Assembly (NCBI RefSeq): GCF_000973505.1
Contig: NZ_CP010048.1
Location: forward strand, 90,001 to 122,000
Reading direction: 5' to 3'
DNA length: 32,000 nt
Source of the DNA: Candidatus Saccharimonadota bacterium
GTDB taxonomy: Bacteria; Pseudomonadota; Gammaproteobacteria; Enterobacterales; Enterobacteriaceae
Shown here: positions 29,118-32,000 of the stretch, piece by piece
Layout: each line of letters starts with the position of its first letter
How positions within the stretch are numbered: position 1 is the stretch's first letter
Notes under the pieces: generated by a model
Database searches by the model: none
The model's input: the letters and a program-made list of their open reading frames with translations, nothing else
Told to the model about the DNA's origin: nothing
Translations under genes and position numbers: made by a program

Positions 29118-31817
29118 ATGACAATAGATCTGACTGTAAAGTTACTTGCGATGGAACTTAAGATATCGATTGATCGATTACTATCTCAGTTTGCAGATAT
29201 TGGTATTAATAAAATTTCTTCAGATTATGTTAGTCAAGAGGAGAAGAATGTTTTATTTACATATATAAATTATAATCAACAGCGGATGGGTGTGTTAAGT
29301 AAGTTAACTTTACAGCGCAAAGTACGAAGTACTTTAAATGTTTTTGGTTCTGGTGGTAAAAGTAAAAAAGTTCAAGTTGAGGTACGTAAGAAGCGCACGT
29401 ATATTCAATGTAATTCAAATATATCACATGATATTAAACAAGAAAATATTGAAAAGACAGATACTAATGCAATTGTAGATAAAAAGGTTGATGTTCTAAA
29501 TGATACTGATTTTAGTAAAAACAGTTGTTTGCAGTCAAAAATTTCTAGAAATAGTGTTTCTATGGTCGTAAATGATATGCAAGATAAGTATAACCAGTCA
29601 AATATTACGTTAATTAAAACAAAATTGAGCGATAATGATGTCATAAAAAATTTTAAATCTAATCAATATAAAAAAGTTAAAAATATTGTTCATGATGCAG
29701 CCGAAAAACCAATATATACAAATATTACTTCGCAGGTTTCATATGATGATGTTGATACTAGTATAACTCATACTGTTGGTAATAAAAAGAAAATAAATAC
29801 TGATCGTCGTGTTCGTGTCCGTCAACGAATTCGTCTTTCTAGATCTCGAAGTAATAAAGCAAACATTAATTTAAAAAATAGAAAGCACAAAGATTCTTTT
29901 TTTGAAATGAAATATGATGAGTATGATGATCATCGTTTGTATGTGCGTGGTGTAAAGAATAGACAGAGGAAGCCTAGTGTTTTAACTCATGCTTTTAAGA
30001 AACCTGTTAATGTTGTTAGTCGTGACGTTGTTATTGGAGAAATGATAACTGTATCAGAATTAGCGAATAAGATGGCGGTAAAAAGTTCACAAGTGATTCA
30101 AGTAATGATTCGATTAGGTACGTTGGCAACTATTAATCAAGTGATTGATCAGCAAATGGCTCAGTTAGTTGCAGAAGAAATGGGACATAATGTTGTTTTA
30201 CGTCATGAAAACGATTTAGAATCTATGGTTATGAATGATCGAGACGTTAATGTTGGTAGTAATGTTTTATTAAATCATCTTGAACATCGAGCGCCAATTG
30301 TGACAATTATGGGTCATGTTGATCATGGTAAAACTTCGTTGTTGGATTATATACGTTCTAGTAGATTAGTGGATTTAGAAGCAGGTGGTATTACTCAGCG
30401 TATGGGGGCATATTGTGTTGAAATCCCTAATAAGGGTATGATTACATTTATTGATACTCCTGGTCATGCGGCGTTTACTAATATGCGTATGAGAGGTGTT
30501 CGAATAACAGATATAGTAGTGTTAGTTGTAGCCATTGATGATGGTGTTATGCCTCAGACTGTTGAAGCCATTGAACATGTTAAATGCGCTAATATTCCCA
30601 TGATAGTAGCGTTAAATAAAATTGATAAGTCTATTGATGTTGCTAATGTTGATCGTATCAGAAATGAATTGGCACAACAAGGTGTCGTTTCTGAGGAATG
30701 GGGAGGTGAGACACAATTTGTTAGTATATCTGCTAAATTAGGGACTGGTATAGATATTTTATTAGATGCAATCTTGTTGGAATCTGAGGTTTTGGAATTA
30801 AAATCTGTTCGGTCTGGCATGGCTACTGGTATAGTGATTGAGTCTTTTTTGGATAAAGGCCGGGGTCCGGTTGCTGTTATTTTGATTCGTGAAGGGACTC
30901 TACGGTGCGGTGATATTGTTTTATGTGGTTTAGAGTTTGGACGGGTGCGAGCCATGCATAATGAATTTGGTTCTAATGTTGATTCAGCTGGTCCTTCAGT
31001 GCCTGTTGAAGTGTTTGGATTATCTGGCATTCCTTTTGCTGGTGATGTAATGAGTGTAGTTCGTAATGAACGAAAAGCCCGTGAGGTAGCTTTATATCGA
31101 CAGGGTAAATTTCGTGCTGTTAAGTTAGAAGAAAAGAAAAAAGATAAATTTAAACAAGCGTTAGTTGATATTTCTTCGTTAGAAAACGGTTCAGTTGTAA
31201 ATTTTAACGTTGTGTTAAAAGCTGATATACAGGGTTCAGTTGAAGCTATTGTCGATGTTTTAAGTCGTTTATCTAATTCTGATGTAAAAATTAATATTGT
31301 AGGTTCAGGAGTGGGTGGTATTACTGAAACTGATGTTTCGTTAGCTATTGCCACTCGTTCTATACTATTGGGATTTAACGTTCGTTCTGATATATTAGCA
31401 CGTCGTATAATTGAATTAGAGAATGTTGATGTTTATTGTTATTCTGTTATTTATGATTTAATTCGAGATATTAAAAAATTAATTACTGGTATGTTAATGC
31501 CGAGACATTGTAAAAAAAATGTTGCTGTCGCTGAAGTTCGAAATGTTTTTGGTTCGTCTAAATTAGGTAATATTGCTGGTTGTATGATTTTAGAAGGTGT
31601 AGTGCGTCGTCGTAATAAGGTTCGTGTGTTGCGAAAGAAAATTGTAGTTCATGAAGGTGAGGTGGAGTCTTTACGTCGATTTAAAGATGATGTTAATGAG
31701 GTTCGCGCTGGCATGGAGTGTGGAATAGTAATAAAGAATTACAATGATATTCATTCAGGAGATTATATTGAAATTTTTGAGGAAAATGTTGATAATATTG
31801 GGACAATTTGTGTTTAG
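29118..31817 (+). CDS. infB: translation initiation factor IF-2
   Basis: 899 aa (E. coli is 890 aa). N-terminus [11 protein letters not shown] and [14 protein letters not shown]...[13 protein letters not shown] match E. coli. G domain: [33 protein letters not shown]-terminal domains [74 protein letters not shown] lies upstream of the ATG. Confidence 0.97.
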   Translation: MTIDLTVKLLAMELKISIDRLLSQFADIGINKISSDYVSQEEKNVLFTYINYNQQRMGVLSKLTLQRKVRSTLNVFGSGGKSKKVQVEVRKKRTYIQCNSNISHDIKQENIEKTDTNAIVDKKVDVLNDTDFSKNSCLQSKISRNSVSMVVNDMQDKYNQSNITLIKTKLSDNDVIKNFKSNQYKKVKNIVHDAAEKPIYTNITSQVSYDDVDTSITHTVGNKKKINTDRRVRVRQRIRLSRSRSNKANINLKNRKHKDSFFEMKYDEYDDHRLYVRGVKNRQRKPSVLTHAFKKPVNVVSRDVVIGEMITVSELANKMAVKSSQVIQVMIRLGTLATINQVIDQQMAQLVAEEMGHNVVLRHENDLESMVMNDRDVNVGSNVLLNHLEHRAPIVTIMGHVDHGKTSLLDYIRSSRLVDLEAGGITQRMGAYCVEIPNKGMITFIDTPGHAAFTNMRMRGVRITDIVVLVVAIDDGVMPQTVEAIEHVKCANIPMIVALNKIDKSIDVANVDRIRNELAQQGVVSEEWGGETQFVSISAKLGTGIDILLDAILLESEVLELKSVRSGMATGIVIESFLDKGRGPVAVILIREGTLRCGDIVLCGLEFGRVRAMHNEFGSNVDSAGPSVPVEVFGLSGIPFAGDVMSVVRNERKAREVALYRQGKFRAVKLEEKKKDKFKQALVDISSLENGSVVNFNVVLKADIQGSVEAIVDVLSRLSNSDVKINIVGSGVGGITETDVSLAIATRSILLGFNVRSDILARRIIELENVDVYCYSVIYDLIRDIKKLITGMLMPRHCKKNVAVAEVRNVFGSSKLGNIAGCMILEGVVRRRNKVRVLRKKIVVHEGEVESLRRFKDDVNEVRAGMECGIVIKNYNDIHSGDYIEIFEENVDNIGTICV

Positions 31818-31923
31818 TTTTTGATTATTGTGTTGTATATCATTGGTAATTATTGTTATTTATTGATTATATTTAATTTTGTTATTTGAAAATGTTGTTT
31901 TAATGTAAATAAAGGGTATGTGA

Positions 31924-32000
31924 GTGAGAGATTGTAATCGTATTTGTCGCATTTCTAGTGAGATTCGAAAAAATATTGCTATTATTTTGCAGTTTAAGAT
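31924..32000 (+). CDS. rbfA: ribosome-binding factor A, N-terminal 25 codons (continues beyond the window)
   Basis: Not in the ORF track. Frame from the GTG at 31924 (an in-frame TGA immediately upstream excludes an earlier start) reads MRDCNRICRISSEIRKNIAIILQFK. This resembles E. coli RbfA ...[22 protein letters not shown]. Position after infB is conserved. AAGGG lies about 7 nt upstream. Confidence 0.75.
   Translation, partial: MRDCNRICRISSEIRKNIAIILQFK

Noticed and set aside
30554-31354. 266-aa ORF on the minus strand inside infB, together with the other antisense or alternate-frame ORFs in the track: 1739-1933, 2854-3051, 4666-4866, 10918-11130, 22477-22668, 22484-22723, 27482-27826, 27911-28462, 28189-28440 (+ strand, alternate frame), 28472-28723 and 29405-29644.
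   Set aside because: All lie entirely within, or overlap, strongly conserved genes. Their translations are low-complexity (Ser/Thr/Pro/Ile-rich) with no recognisable motifs and no SD. They are shadow ORFs produced by the codon structure of the real gene.

Overview
This is an AT-rich chromosomal window (about 30% GC by eye; the one spacer I hand-counted is about 18% GC). It comes from a genome-reduced gammaproteobacterium of the Enterobacterales type, most likely an obligate insect endosymbiont. Gene content, long eroded spacers and composition look Blochmannia-like, but I cannot confirm identity without a database search. I can support 25 protein genes and 2 tRNA genes, all conserved housekeeping functions. 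They fall into three blocks, each collinear with E. coli K-12 as I remember it: (1) miaA-hflK-hflC-purA-rlmB-rpsF-rpsR-rplI; (2) cysQ-tamA-tamB-ppa; (3) ispB, then divergently rplU-rpmA-obgE-greA-rlmE-ftsH-folP-glmM-secG-leuU-metY-nusA-infB-rbfA. 23 CDS and both tRNAs are on the + strand; only ppa and ispB are on the - strand. About four fifths of the window is coding. The rest is long, T-rich, C-depleted spacer lying where E. coli carries hfq-hflX, nsrR-rnr, priB, yhbE, dacB, yhbY, argG-yhbX and rimP, so these look like gene-loss scars. I see no CRISPR array, IS or transposase, integrase, prophage, toxin-antitoxin or defence-like gene, and no sizeable ORF without a clear housekeeping ortholog. 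I therefore do not think this window holds a novel system. Points worth a second look: an extreme strand compositional asymmetry that visibly reshapes protein composition; an intact 5.6 kb tamA-tamB pair retained in a shrinking genome; long in-frame homopolymers (T7A11 in tamB, several 9-mers); substitutions at normally invariant residues (PurA R131C, FolP D96N); loss of the NusA AR2 domain with an expanded nusA-infB spacer; a tRNA-Leu gene without encoded CCA beside a tRNA-fMet gene with it; and a synteny breakpoint between ppa and ispB. All E. coli comparison sequences are quoted from memory, and all counts are hand counts.
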